Positions 41,094 to 50,448 are shown, numbered from the stretch's first letter. The stretch: DNA of 64,000 nt from an uncultured Bacilli bacterium (GCA_944363715.1 CALVUX010000008.1:2928-66927); one strand, 5' to 3'. Translations and numbers: made by a program. The notes: generated from the letters alone by a model not told the origin.

Positions 41094-42266
41094 ATGAGAA
41101 AGATAAGAATTGTATTTTTAACCTGTTTATGTTTATTAGTAGTAGGATGTGCTAATCCTTTTGTAGAAAGTAATGATATGACAAGTGTTTCTACTTTTAG
41201 TGGAGACACTTTAAGAGTTAATTATATTGATGTAGGACAGGGAGATTCTATATTTATACAACTTCCTAATAATGAAACTATGTTAATTGATGCAGGGGAA
41301 GTTTATAAGAGCGAAAATGTTATTAACTATCTTAATAATTTAGGTATTAAAAAGATAGATTATGTTGTTGGTACTCATCCTCATACTGATCATATTGGAG
41401 GATTAGAAGAAGTTATTAATACTTTTGATATAGGTTCTATTTATATGCCTAGAGCTAGTTCTACTAGTAAGACTTATCTTGATTTACTTACTGCTATTAG
41501 TAATAAAGGCCTTAAAGTTAAGACTGCTAAGAGTGGAGTAGTTGTTCTTGATGATGATAATTTAAAACTAGAGTTTATCGCTCCTAATAGTGATAATTAT
41601 AGTGAGTTAAATAATTATTCTGCTGTTTTAAAACTTACTTATTTAGATAATACTTTTCTATTTATGGGTGATGCAGAAACTTTAAGTGAAAACGAAGTAA
41701 CTTGTAATGTTGATGCAGACGTTATTAAAGTAGGTCATCATGGAAGTGATTCTTCATCAGGAATAGAATTTGTTAAGAAGGTAAGTCCAGAGTATGCTAT
41801 TATTATGGTGGGAGAGGGTAACTCTTATAATCATCCTTATCAGTCTATTATAGATAGATATGAAAATGTTGGAGCGAAGGTACTTAGAACTGATTTAGAT
41901 GGTAACATTGTTTGTGATAGTGATGGTGTGGATGTTACTTGTAAAGGCGATAAAGATTCTAGTAGTAATAGTAGTTCTAGTGCTGCTGCTAGTAATATAA
42001 ATCTTGTTAGTTTAACATCTCCTATTAGTAGAGGAAGTGATGTTACTGTTAGTATTAAAGGGCTTCCTAATACTACTTATGATATAGATGTAATCTATTC
42101 TAGTGGAGAGAGTAAAGCAAGTGGCCTTGAAGATAAAACTAGTGATAGTGAAGGTAATGTTAGTTGGACTTTTAAAGTTAGTAGTAATGTTAAGCCTGGT
42201 ACTTATGAAGTTAAAATTACTGATGGAGAAGATAGTGCTAGTTATAGTTTAGAGGTGACTGATTAA
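41094..42266 (+). CDS. ComEC/Rec2-related MBL-fold hydrolase lipoprotein with a C-terminal beta-sandwich domain
   Basis: Lipobox LLVVGC, then YIDVGQGDSIFIQ, HPHTDHIGG and VGHHGSDSSS. Confidence 0.75.
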   Translation: MRKIRIVFLTCLCLLVVGCANPFVESNDMTSVSTFSGDTLRVNYIDVGQGDSIFIQLPNNETMLIDAGEVYKSENVINYLNNLGIKKIDYVVGTHPHTDHIGGLEEVINTFDIGSIYMPRASSTSKTYLDLLTAISNKGLKVKTAKSGVVVLDDDNLKLEFIAPNSDNYSELNNYSAVLKLTYLDNTFLFMGDAETLSENEVTCNVDADVIKVGHHGSDSSSGIEFVKKVSPEYAIIMVGEGNSYNHPYQSIIDRYENVGAKVLRTDLDGNIVCDSDGVDVTCKGDKDSSSNSSSSAAASNINLVSLTSPISRGSDVTVSIKGLPNTTYDIDVIYSSGESKASGLEDKTSDSEGNVSWTFKVSSNVKPGTYEVKITDGEDSASYSLEVTD

Positions 42267-42460
42267 TGGAAGTAATTGTTGATAGAATTGAAGGAGATTA
42301 TGCAGTTGTGGAAATAGATAAAGGTAAGATGTGTAATTTACCAATAGAGGTAGTTCCTAATGTTAAAGAAGGGGACATTGTTACTATAATTATTAATAAA
42401 GATAAAACTGAAGAGAGAAAAAAGACTATAGAAGAGCTTATGAATAGCGTTTTTGAATAA
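42266..42460 (+). CDS. DUF3006 protein
   Basis: VDRIEGDYAVVEID...EGDIV motif. Typically paired with the preceding MBL gene. Confidence 0.6.
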   Translation: MEVIVDRIEGDYAVVEIDKGKMCNLPIEVVPNVKEGDIVTIIINKDKTEERKKTIEELMNSVFE

Positions 42461-42496
42461 AAATGTGTATAATTATAAAAAGAGAGGAGATAGGAA

Positions 42497-43145
42497 ATGG
42501 AATTATATTTATCATCATATAGATTAGGAAATAGTCAAGATAAATTACAGGAATTGGTTATTAAATAATGGTAATAAAATACTTGTTATTCCTAATGCTT
42601 TAGATATGTTTGAAGACAATGAAAGAAAAATGCAGGGAATATTGAATAAGTGTAGTGATTTGCAAAAAATTGGTTTTGAAACTGAAATATTTGATTTAAG
42701 AAAATATTTTGGTAAAAGTGAAGATTTATATAGTGATATAAAAGATTATAAAGCGTTTTATGCATTGGGTGGTAATACTTTTGTACTAAGAACTGCGATG
42801 AAATTGAGTGGCTTTGATGAATATTTGAAAAAGATTTCTACTTTACCTGATTATTTATATTCAGGGTTTAGTGCAGGTATTTGTGTTTTAGCAAAAGATT
42901 TACATGGTATAGACTTTGTTGATGATCCTCATAAAGATCCATATAATTATGGAGAAATAATATGGGATGGAGTTGGTCTTATAGATTATATGCCTGTTCC
43001 ACATTTTGATACACCAAGTCATCCTGAATCATATTTAATGTATGATGTTGTTTCTTATTTAAAAGAAAATAATTTGCCATATATTACTATGAAAGATGGA
43101 GATGTTATTACCGTGAAAATTGATACTAAAGTTAAAAGAGTCTAG
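42497..43145 (+). pseudogene. Peptidase S51 (peptidase E-like), frameshifted near 42545..42555
   Basis: The N-terminal 23 codons (MELYLSSYRLGNSQDKLQELVIK*) are in one frame. The rest (NWLLNNGNKILVIPNA...YSGFSAG) is in another. Both parts match the peptidase E N-terminus/core. Confidence 0.6.
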
Positions 43146-43236
43146 GTATTTAGGCTCTTTTATAATAAAGTTTATATATAACATGATTATTTTCAATAAT
43201 ATAATTAGAAACTATTTTCTATTTGCGGGAATTCGC

Positions 43237-43590
43237 AACTAATTTATTACATTTTTCTTGATATATAGAAATTAATATGATACTATATTTGTAGGAACAT
43301 TTAATAGTTGGGTGGATATCTCCTAGAAAGGAGATTGATATTATGAATAGAAAAGATTTATTAATAGTCTCTTTAATCATAATTATCCTTTTACTTATAA
43401 AGTTATTATTTTTAGCGATATAAATAAAAGCCACCTAACTCACAACTGTTGAATTAGGGGCTAATCCATAATATAAAAATTTGGAGGTCCACTCAACATG
43501 GGAATATTAAGTGTTCCTTTTCATATTGTATGAATTTTTCTTACAAATATACTATATCATAGTTATTACATTTATGCAAATTTATTTTTA
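43237..43590 (+). repeat. Copy B of the ~355-bp type I TA-like module
   Basis: Collinear with copy C (44463..44819) and, as reverse complement, with copy A (405..758). Confidence 0.85.
43343..43423 (+). CDS. Small hydrophobic peptide (26 aa, MNRKDLLIVSLIIIILLLIKLLFLAI); candidate type I toxin
   Basis: SD aaaggag sits in the 3' arm of the hairpin atctcc/ggagat. Two paralogues exist in the window. Confidence 0.4.
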   Translation: MNRKDLLIVSLIIIILLLIKLLFLAI

Positions 43591-43621
43591 CTTACATGAT
43601 ATTATTTAAATAAATATAATG

Positions 43622-44344
43622 TTATGATAGACTTCTATTTGTAATATCTGCTCTTTCTCTTTGATTTAGACCATAACAACTAACTGGTGTTAAATTATTA
43701 TTCTTATCTTTTACAAAAACATCAGTAAATCTATAAAAGTTATCACTTGTATTATCGTAGAATACAAAGTTAATGTCGCCTGTACTTGTAACTAGACATG
43801 CTGTAAGTTCTGCCTGTTTAGTCTTAAACACTTGATTATCTTGATTCATTTAAATATAGCTAGTGAAATCGTCTAGAGAAAAGTTTTCACTAAAACTTCC
43901 TCTTGGGTGGGAATGTCCGTGACAGACAACAAAACCATTATATCGGTTATTATTAAGTTTATTTACTAAATCATTTCTCATATTTTCATCATAATTTGCT
44001 TCTGCTCTTTGTCTATTATCTCTTGAGCTTGATGCAATAAAACTATCAAATTCTATTACATTGTTTTCAACTTCTTTTCCATATAGGAAAAATGGTACTT
44101 CTTTTTTCTCTATATTGGTAACATCTTGTACTCCTAACAAAGATCCATATACTTCTTCACTTAATATTATTTTTGAGTTTGGCATATTATTTATAATATC
44201 AGAATTAATTGGAGTCATTTCTCCATAAGCACTATATGTATTGAAGTTTTGTTGATGGTAAGCTCCGTAAGGATTTTTATGAATCATAATGTCTTTTACT
44301 TTTTGTGAGTATTGTTCTCTAGTCATAATTATTTTTCCTTTCAA
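43622..44344 (-). pseudogene. RadC-like JAB/MPN-domain protein interrupted by an in-frame TAA (ORFs 43850..44344 and 43622..43849 abut as ...TSYI*MNQ...)
   Basis: HGHSHPRGSFSENFSLDD resembles the RadC JAMM motif HNHPSG...S..D. The two ORFs are contiguous in one frame. Confidence 0.4.
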
Positions 44345-44462
44345 TGTTTTATTAATAGTTATATTGTCAATAATTCTATCTAATAATTATTTTAGCATAA
44401 TTCTTTCATTTTCGGTATTGTATATTTAATAATAAAAAAATGATATATTTACGAAAACCTGT

Positions 44463-44819
44463 AACTAATTTATTACATTTTTCCTTGTTATCTAGAAATT
44501 AATATGATACTCTATATGTAGGAACATTTAATAGTTGGGTGGGACCTCAGAAAGGAGGTCTAGCTAATGAACAAGAAAGATTATTTGATTTTTTCTTTAG
44601 TAGTTATGTTGTTTCTTCAAGATATCTTGTTGCTATTTGCCATACTTGCTTTAAAATGAAAGAAACCGCCTAACTTACAACTGTTGGATTAGGTGGCTCT
44701 CGAAAAATAATTAGGGGTCCACTCAACATGCGAATATTAAGTGTTCCTTTTAATATTGTATGAATTTTTCTTACAAATATACTATATCATAATTATTACA
44801 TTTATGCAAATTTATTTTT
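44463..44819 (+). repeat. Copy C of the ~355-bp type I TA-like module
   Basis: See copy B. Confidence 0.85.
44567..44659 (+). CDS. Small hydrophobic peptide (30 aa, MNKKDYLIFSLVVMLFLQDILLLFAILALK); candidate type I toxin
   Basis: SD aaaggagg sits in the 3' arm of the hairpin gacctc/gaggtc. Confidence 0.4.
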   Translation: MNKKDYLIFSLVVMLFLQDILLLFAILALK

Positions 44820-45807
44820 GTATAACTAGTGATACATCTTTAAAGTAATAATTTAATATCTGTTTATAGTTATAACCTAACTCTGATAGATTATCTGCCC
44901 CTATAATACTTAGACCTAGTCCACTACCTATTCCTCTTGTTATGAAAGTAAGATAATCTTTCTTGATAATTATAGTAATGTCTGTTGAAGGTAAATCTAA
45001 ATAGACTGCTAGACTTCTGGCATCTATTTTTCTTTCTCCTAAGTCTAATTCTTTTATTCTGTTAGAGTTACTGATACTAGTAATCTTTATATTAAAATTA
45101 TCACTTTTTAGATTTAATTTTTCTTTAAAATCTTTAATACTGTAGTCTTTTCTTTGTAAATAATTAGGGTATGCTAAATCCCAGAGACTTTCTTTTTTTA
45201 CAGTATAAGGAATACTTTTATCTTCTTCGGTGTAGCCATTACTAACTAAGTGGGTAAAACATTTAATGGGTTTATTATTATTAATTAAATACTCGCCATT
45301 AGTTTCATCTATTACTTTATTAAAAATAGTAAATTTAGATTTATAAGTTTCAGGATAAGTAACTTTATAATAATTATAGTTATGATATGATAAAGATAAT
45401 TTATTTAAGTCTAAATAATTATTCTTTAGATTATAGATTATTTCTCCTCTGTATAAAACTGTTAAAGCTTTTAGAGTTTCTTCTTTTAAAGAGATATTTA
45501 TATTACATAATAATAAACTTAATAGTAGGTCTTTCATAGTCATTTTTTCTTTAGTATTAAGAGTAATTAAATAATCATTTAAGTAAGTCTTGTTATTTTC
45601 GATAGTAATCATTTTAGTACTAATACCATTTACAATAAAAACAATTTTATTACCATTAAATTTAATATCATGAGTAACTAAATAACTTCTAGCTTTCTTT
45701 TCTAAGTCATCTTCCTCTAAATCTTCACCAAATTCATAATCAACATTTAAATATAAGTATAATACTTCTTCATTATTACTTCTTGCAATTTTATAACTTT
45801 CTAACAT
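44812..45807 (-). CDS. SpoIID/LytB-domain protein (putative)
   Basis: The C-terminal RGIGSGLGLSIIGADNLSELGYNYKQILNYYFKDV resembles the SpoIID C-terminal block GHGVGMSQ.GA..MA..G..Y..IL..YY. Confidence 0.45.
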   Translation of the reverse strand: MLESYKIARSNNEEVLYLYLNVDYEFGEDLEEDDLEKKARSYLVTHDIKFNGNKIVFIVNGISTKMITIENNKTYLNDYLITLNTKEKMTMKDLLLSLLLCNINISLKEETLKALTVLYRGEIIYNLKNNYLDLNKLSLSYHNYNYYKVTYPETYKSKFTIFNKVIDETNGEYLINNNKPIKCFTHLVSNGYTEEDKSIPYTVKKESLWDLAYPNYLQRKDYSIKDFKEKLNLKSDNFNIKITSISNSNRIKELDLGERKIDARSLAVYLDLPSTDITIIIKKDYLTFITRGIGSGLGLSIIGADNLSELGYNYKQILNYYFKDVSLVIQK

Positions 45808-45846
45808 ATTATCACCTATTTATATAGTGATATGTTAGATTTAATT

Positions 45847-46821
45847 TTATTCAAAATATTTTAATTTATTTTTGTTATCACAGTTTTTTCCTGTTAGGTA
45901 TGAGTAATTTTTAAAGACATTCTTTAAATTAATCTTTTTAGTGTCTTTTAAATAACTATTAACATCAGTTATCATTTTTTTTGCATCTTTTAGAGCGATA
46001 GAATATAGTTCAATAAAAGATTCATTATGTTTTTCACGTTTTAGACTAGGGTGAGTCCAAGTACTATGATTAGCATTTAAATAGTTAAATTCATCTTTTA
46101 ATGGGGTATGATATGATACTGCTTGTAACTTAAAAGTCTTATCACTAGTAAATTTATCTATAGTTTTATAACAGAACATTTTTATTCCATATTTATCATA
46201 TCTTAAATATTTTAAAGCTTTGTACATATCTTTTAATGATTTGTAATAATATTTAGAAAAGTCATTAAAATTAAAAGTCTCTTTAAAAGCATAATCTATT
46301 ACTTCTATTAACTCTTTTGAGAATGGTTTTAAGTCAAAAGTAAAATCATAGAACTTAAAACTATATGGTGTTATGAATTCTTTTTGTTTAATCATGTAAT
46401 TATCTAGAAAGTTTTCCATATATTCATGTTTATTTCTATATTTGTAAGTATTAGGATTACTTTCGTCTACTATACCTGTTTTATAAATTATATATGGATG
46501 AAGCTTAGAGTCTAGACAGTAATGAGCGATGAAGCCATATAGAAAAGCCATTACTTCACTATTTTGATAATAATTATTATACTTTATATAATTAACTAAA
46601 TTAATAAAAAAATCTCTTGATTTATTTGTATGAAAATATCCTTGAAAGTCTCTTATATGTTTATCTTTCTTCTTAAGTAGATTATAAAAAATAAAAGAAT
46701 CTGTACTTTGGGAGAACATTCTTAATCTCTTTTTTTCATCCATTAATAACTTTTTTAGACCAATAGGAAGTATGTCATAAAGGTCATTTGCAAAGTAAGC
46801 ATGAGTAACAGTTGCAGGCAT
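45847..46821 (-). CDS. Zinc-dependent phospholipase C-like family protein (putative)
   Basis: N-terminus TVTHAYFANDLYDIL and conserved H/D positions recalled for the PF00882-like family. Confidence 0.45.
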   Translation of the reverse strand: MPATVTHAYFANDLYDILPIGLKKLLMDEKKRLRMFSQSTDSFIFYNLLKKKDKHIRDFQGYFHTNKSRDFFINLVNYIKYNNYYQNSEVMAFLYGFIAHYCLDSKLHPYIIYKTGIVDESNPNTYKYRNKHEYMENFLDNYMIKQKEFITPYSFKFYDFTFDLKPFSKELIEVIDYAFKETFNFNDFSKYYYKSLKDMYKALKYLRYDKYGIKMFCYKTIDKFTSDKTFKLQAVSYHTPLKDEFNYLNANHSTWTHPSLKREKHNESFIELYSIALKDAKKMITDVNSYLKDTKKINLKNVFKNYSYLTGKNCDNKNKLKYFE

Positions 46822-46931
46822 AGTCTAAAATCAATCCTTTCTACTTTTTAAAGTATAACATAATTTTTCATTAAATTATCATATTTTTTACATAATTTTT
46901 GTGATATAATCTATTCTAGGTGAGGAAGAAG

Positions 46932-47900
46932 ATGATAGATAAGCAGTTTAAGAATCTTGAAGAACAAATAGAAATACTTAAATATAAGGGTATGACTATT
47001 ACAGATGAAAAATATACTAAGAAGATATTACTAAGAGAAAATTACTTCTTTATATCTGGTTATAGATATCCTTTTATGAGAAGTATGACTGATAAACATT
47101 TCTTAGAAGGGGTTACTTTTGAAGAGATGTATAGTTTGTTTCTATTTGATAGAGCGATTAGAAATGTGTTCTTTAAGTATTTACTTGTTATTGAAAATAA
47201 CTTAAAATCTATATTTTCATATCAGTTATCTAAGAAATATGGATATAAAGAGAAATATTATTTGCGTAATAAAAACTTTACTAATGATAAGAATAAACAA
47301 AAACAAGTAAATGATTTGATTAAAAAGATGAAAAGACAAATTAGGATTAATGGAAGTCAACATACAGCGACTGCACATTATATGTCTAATTATGGTTATG
47401 TTCCACTTTGGATTTTAGTTAAAGTTTTATCTTTTGGAATAGTTGGAGAATTATTTTCAATAATGAAATATGATGATCAAGTAAATATTTGTAAGATTTA
47501 TAATATACCATTAGATGATTTTAGTAATTATTTACCAATACTTTCTAATTATCGTAATTTGTGTGCTCATGAAGATATTTTATATGAAAATAGAACTCAG
47601 AAGAAAATTAAAGGAACGAAGTTTCATGAGTTACTTGGTTTAGAAAAAGATGATGAAGGGTACTATACTAAAGGAACTAATGATTTATTTGCCCTTCTTA
47701 TTATAATGAAGAGAATGTTAAGTTATGATGAATTTAAAGATATGTGTTTAGAGCTTGATAAAAGAATAGATAATCTTGAATATAATTTGCATAGTATTAA
47801 AATAGATAAAATATTAGAAAAAATGGGGTTTCCTAAAAATTATATGGAACTTGCTAATATTGAGAGGAGAGATGTAGATAATGAAGTCAGAGAGAATTAA
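46932..47900 (+). CDS. Abortive-infection protein, Abi_2 (AbiD/AbiF/AbiD1) family
   Basis: Family hallmarks: EQIEILKYKGMTI, YFFISGY, FLFDRAIRN, IENNLKS, YVPLWILVKVLSFG and the invariant YRNLCAHED. An extended -10 TGaTATAAT lies upstream at 46903..46910. Confidence 0.75.
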   Translation: MIDKQFKNLEEQIEILKYKGMTITDEKYTKKILLRENYFFISGYRYPFMRSMTDKHFLEGVTFEEMYSLFLFDRAIRNVFFKYLLVIENNLKSIFSYQLSKKYGYKEKYYLRNKNFTNDKNKQKQVNDLIKKMKRQIRINGSQHTATAHYMSNYGYVPLWILVKVLSFGIVGELFSIMKYDDQVNICKIYNIPLDDFSNYLPILSNYRNLCAHEDILYENRTQKKIKGTKFHELLGLEKDDEGYYTKGTNDLFALLIIMKRMLSYDEFKDMCLELDKRIDNLEYNLHSIKIDKILEKMGFPKNYMELANIERRDVDNEVREN

Positions 47901-49008
47901 AGAAGCGGTACTTATAATTGTATCATTTGTTATAGGTGGAGTTTTGACTTTTGTAATTATAGGGGGAGAAGATTTAATTAATAATAATAGTAGTAGTTCT
48001 TCTACAAATAGTGGCTTAACTTGTAGTGCAGCTGATTGTACAAAAGTAGTTGTAGATGAGTCTGGTATTAGTGAAGCGGTTGAGAAAGTTTATGATGGAG
48101 TTTTGATGGTTAGAAATTATCAAAATGATGAAGTAGCTTCTACAGGTACTGGGTTTGTTTATAAAATAGATGGGGATAATGCTTATGTTATGACTAATCA
48201 ACATGTTGTAGAAGGTGCTGATAGGGTAACTTTAATTACTTCTAATGATGAAGAGGTTGAAGGAGAAGTATTAGGTGGAGATACTTATGTTGATATTGCA
48301 ATTGTTAGAATTAAGAAAGTTGATAGTCTAGTTGCTTTACAACTTGGTAATAGTGAAAATGCTAGTCTAGGAGATTTAGTATTTACAGTTGGTAGTCCTT
48401 TAGGTTATGAATATAGAGGTAGTGTTTCTACTGGCCATTTAGCAGGTAAAGATAGATTAGTTAGTGTTAGTACTGGAAATACTTCTAGTAGTGATTGGGT
48501 TATGAAAGTATTACAAACTGATGCAGCGATTAATCCTGGTAACAGTGGTGGACCTTTAATGAATACTAATGGTGAAGTTATTGGCGTTATTTCTATGAAA
48601 CTTGTTCAAACAGAAGTTGAAGGTATGGGATTTGCTATTCCTATAGAATATATTAATAGTAAGATTGAAACTCTAGAAAAAGGTGAATTTATAGAGTGGC
48701 CATTACTTGGTGTATCTATGATTAATGTTAGTGATGCTAAGGGGTCTTATAGATATAATTTTGATATTCCTAATGATATAGATAGTGGAGTTGTAGTTGC
48801 AGGAATAGAAAGTGGAAGCGGAGCGGCTGATTCTGACCTTAAAGAAGGAGATATTATTACTAAACTTAATGGAGAAGAAGTAGCAGATTCTGCATATTTA
48901 AGATATGAGCTTTACAAATATTCTGTAGGTGATACAATAGAGATAACTTATATAAGAGATGGTAAAGAACATACAACTAAAGTTACTTTAAGTAGTAGTA
49001 ATGATTAG
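47881..49008 (+). CDS. htrA: HtrA/DegP-family serine protease with PDZ domain
   Basis: N-terminal TM helix, catalytic triad regions TNQHVV, D..IAIV and GNSGGPL, C-terminal PDZ. Confidence 0.85.
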   Translation: MKSERIKEAVLIIVSFVIGGVLTFVIIGGEDLINNNSSSSSTNSGLTCSAADCTKVVVDESGISEAVEKVYDGVLMVRNYQNDEVASTGTGFVYKIDGDNAYVMTNQHVVEGADRVTLITSNDEEVEGEVLGGDTYVDIAIVRIKKVDSLVALQLGNSENASLGDLVFTVGSPLGYEYRGSVSTGHLAGKDRLVSVSTGNTSSSDWVMKVLQTDAAINPGNSGGPLMNTNGEVIGVISMKLVQTEVEGMGFAIPIEYINSKIETLEKGEFIEWPLLGVSMINVSDAKGSYRYNFDIPNDIDSGVVVAGIESGSGAADSDLKEGDIITKLNGEEVADSAYLRYELYKYSVGDTIEITYIRDGKEHTTKVTLSSSND

Positions 49009-49031
49009 AAAATAGTAAAGGACGTGTAGTT

Positions 49032-49751
49032 ATGGCAAAATTATTACCTAATATGGTTATTTTAGATAAAGAAGAGAGGGCTTCTATGTCCTCTTTTTGT
49101 GGTTTTATTAATGAGAATAAAGATAGTTTAAGTGATGATCAAAAGGGTATTATTGCAGATTATATTATTAGAAAGGGTTGCAAAGTTAAGAAAGATAAAA
49201 CTAATGAAGGTATTTATAACTTCTTAAAAAGTTATTTAATAGCTAATATAGGCGATATTAGTTTTAGTCTTTATGGTAATTCTATTAAAGAGATAAGTTT
49301 AGGTAATATTACTGCAGGGCCTTTATTTAGTAGTAATTTTAATAATCAAGAGTTATCTGATAGATTTTTAAGTAGTAAAAATAGTAATAGTGTTTTACCT
49401 ACTAAAAGTAATATGAAAAAACTATTTATTGGTTATGGTGATAAGAATTTATTTAGTGATGATATAGGACATGGTGATAGAGATATTAAAAATGTACATA
49501 TAGGTGAATATTACTTTAATAAAGATGATATTTTAAAAGAGAATGATAATCCTTATATATTTAGATTTACTAATCCTTATAAAGATGAATTACAAATAGA
49601 TGTATTAAATTTTGATAAAGATGGTAATTTTATAGATAGTGATATTTATATTGATTATTTGGAAAGTTCTGATGGTATTAATTATAAAGTAGTTAGACAA
49701 ATTCATAATGAGTTGGAAGATATTAATAGTTTACATGGTAGAGGAAAATAA
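49032..49751 (+). CDS. Hypothetical protein (239 aa)
   Basis: ORF only. Confidence 0.4.
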   Translation: MAKLLPNMVILDKEERASMSSFCGFINENKDSLSDDQKGIIADYIIRKGCKVKKDKTNEGIYNFLKSYLIANIGDISFSLYGNSIKEISLGNITAGPLFSSNFNNQELSDRFLSSKNSNSVLPTKSNMKKLFIGYGDKNLFSDDIGHGDRDIKNVHIGEYYFNKDDILKENDNPYIFRFTNPYKDELQIDVLNFDKDGNFIDSDIYIDYLESSDGINYKVVRQIHNELEDINSLHGRGK

Positions 49752-49761
49752 TATTAAGCAA

Positions 49762-50448
49762 TTAGGAGTTAATCTTAATTGTTTTTTCATATCTTTCAAT
49801 TAATCCTTTTTCTTCCATCTTTTTTAATTCTCTCATTAAATTTGCTCTATCTACAAAGAGATATTCTGCAATTGCTTTATAAGATGTTGTGACTTTAAAA
49901 ATATTATTTTCATTCATTCTTTGTTTTAGGAAAAATAATATCTTTTCTTCAACAGTACGTTTTGATAGTAGTTCAATCTTCTCATTTTGTTGTTTGTTAT
50001 CTTCTATTAATAAATCAAATAATGTTAAAACTATGCTGTTATGAAAAGGACAGTTCTGATTACAGTTTTTTATGATATTATAATAATCTATAAAGATAAC
50101 TTTTGTTTCGCCGTTACTAATTATATATATTTCATCTTCTGTGTTTTGAAAGAAAAGATTAGAGAAAATGTCATTTTCTTTTAAATCTCTCATAATAGTA
50201 GTATTTCCTTCTTTATCAGTTTTTACTATGTTTGCTTTTCCTTCTGTAATAAATCCTATTTTCTTTTTGATAGGAGAATAACTTAATATTAATTCTTTAT
50301 TGTAAAATATTTTACTTTTAATGTTGACACAGCTTGACAAATTTTTTTTGAATTGTAAAAGTCTTGTTTCATCTAAAGTTTTCATGGAAAATAACACCTC
50401 TTTAATTTTTATTTTAACAAATTTTTGTAATTGTTGCAAATGCAACAA
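49762..50448 (-). CDS. Crp/Fnr-family transcriptional regulator
   Basis: cNMP-binding beta-barrel and a C-terminal HTH (TSYKAIAEYLFVDRANLMRELKKMEEKGLI). Divergent from nrdD1. Confidence 0.75.
   Translation of the reverse strand: MLHLQQLQKFVKIKIKEVLFSMKTLDETRLLQFKKNLSSCVNIKSKIFYNKELILSYSPIKKKIGFITEGKANIVKTDKEGNTTIMRDLKENDIFSNLFFQNTEDEIYIISNGETKVIFIDYYNIIKNCNQNCPFHNSIVLTLFDLLIEDNKQQNEKIELLSKRTVEEKILFFLKQRMNENNIFKVTTSYKAIAEYLFVDRANLMRELKKMEEKGLIERYEKTIKINS

Noticed and set aside
43219-43434. 71-aa minus-strand ORF
   Set aside because: It overlaps the promoter, 5'UTR and peptide ORF of module copy B on the opposite strand, and is not conserved in copies A and C.
43498-43533. 11-codon mini-ORF (MGILSVPFHIV) in the module tail as a second peptide gene
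   Set aside because: The start codon is ACG in copy A while the nucleotide sequence is conserved. The conservation is better explained by an antisense RNA.
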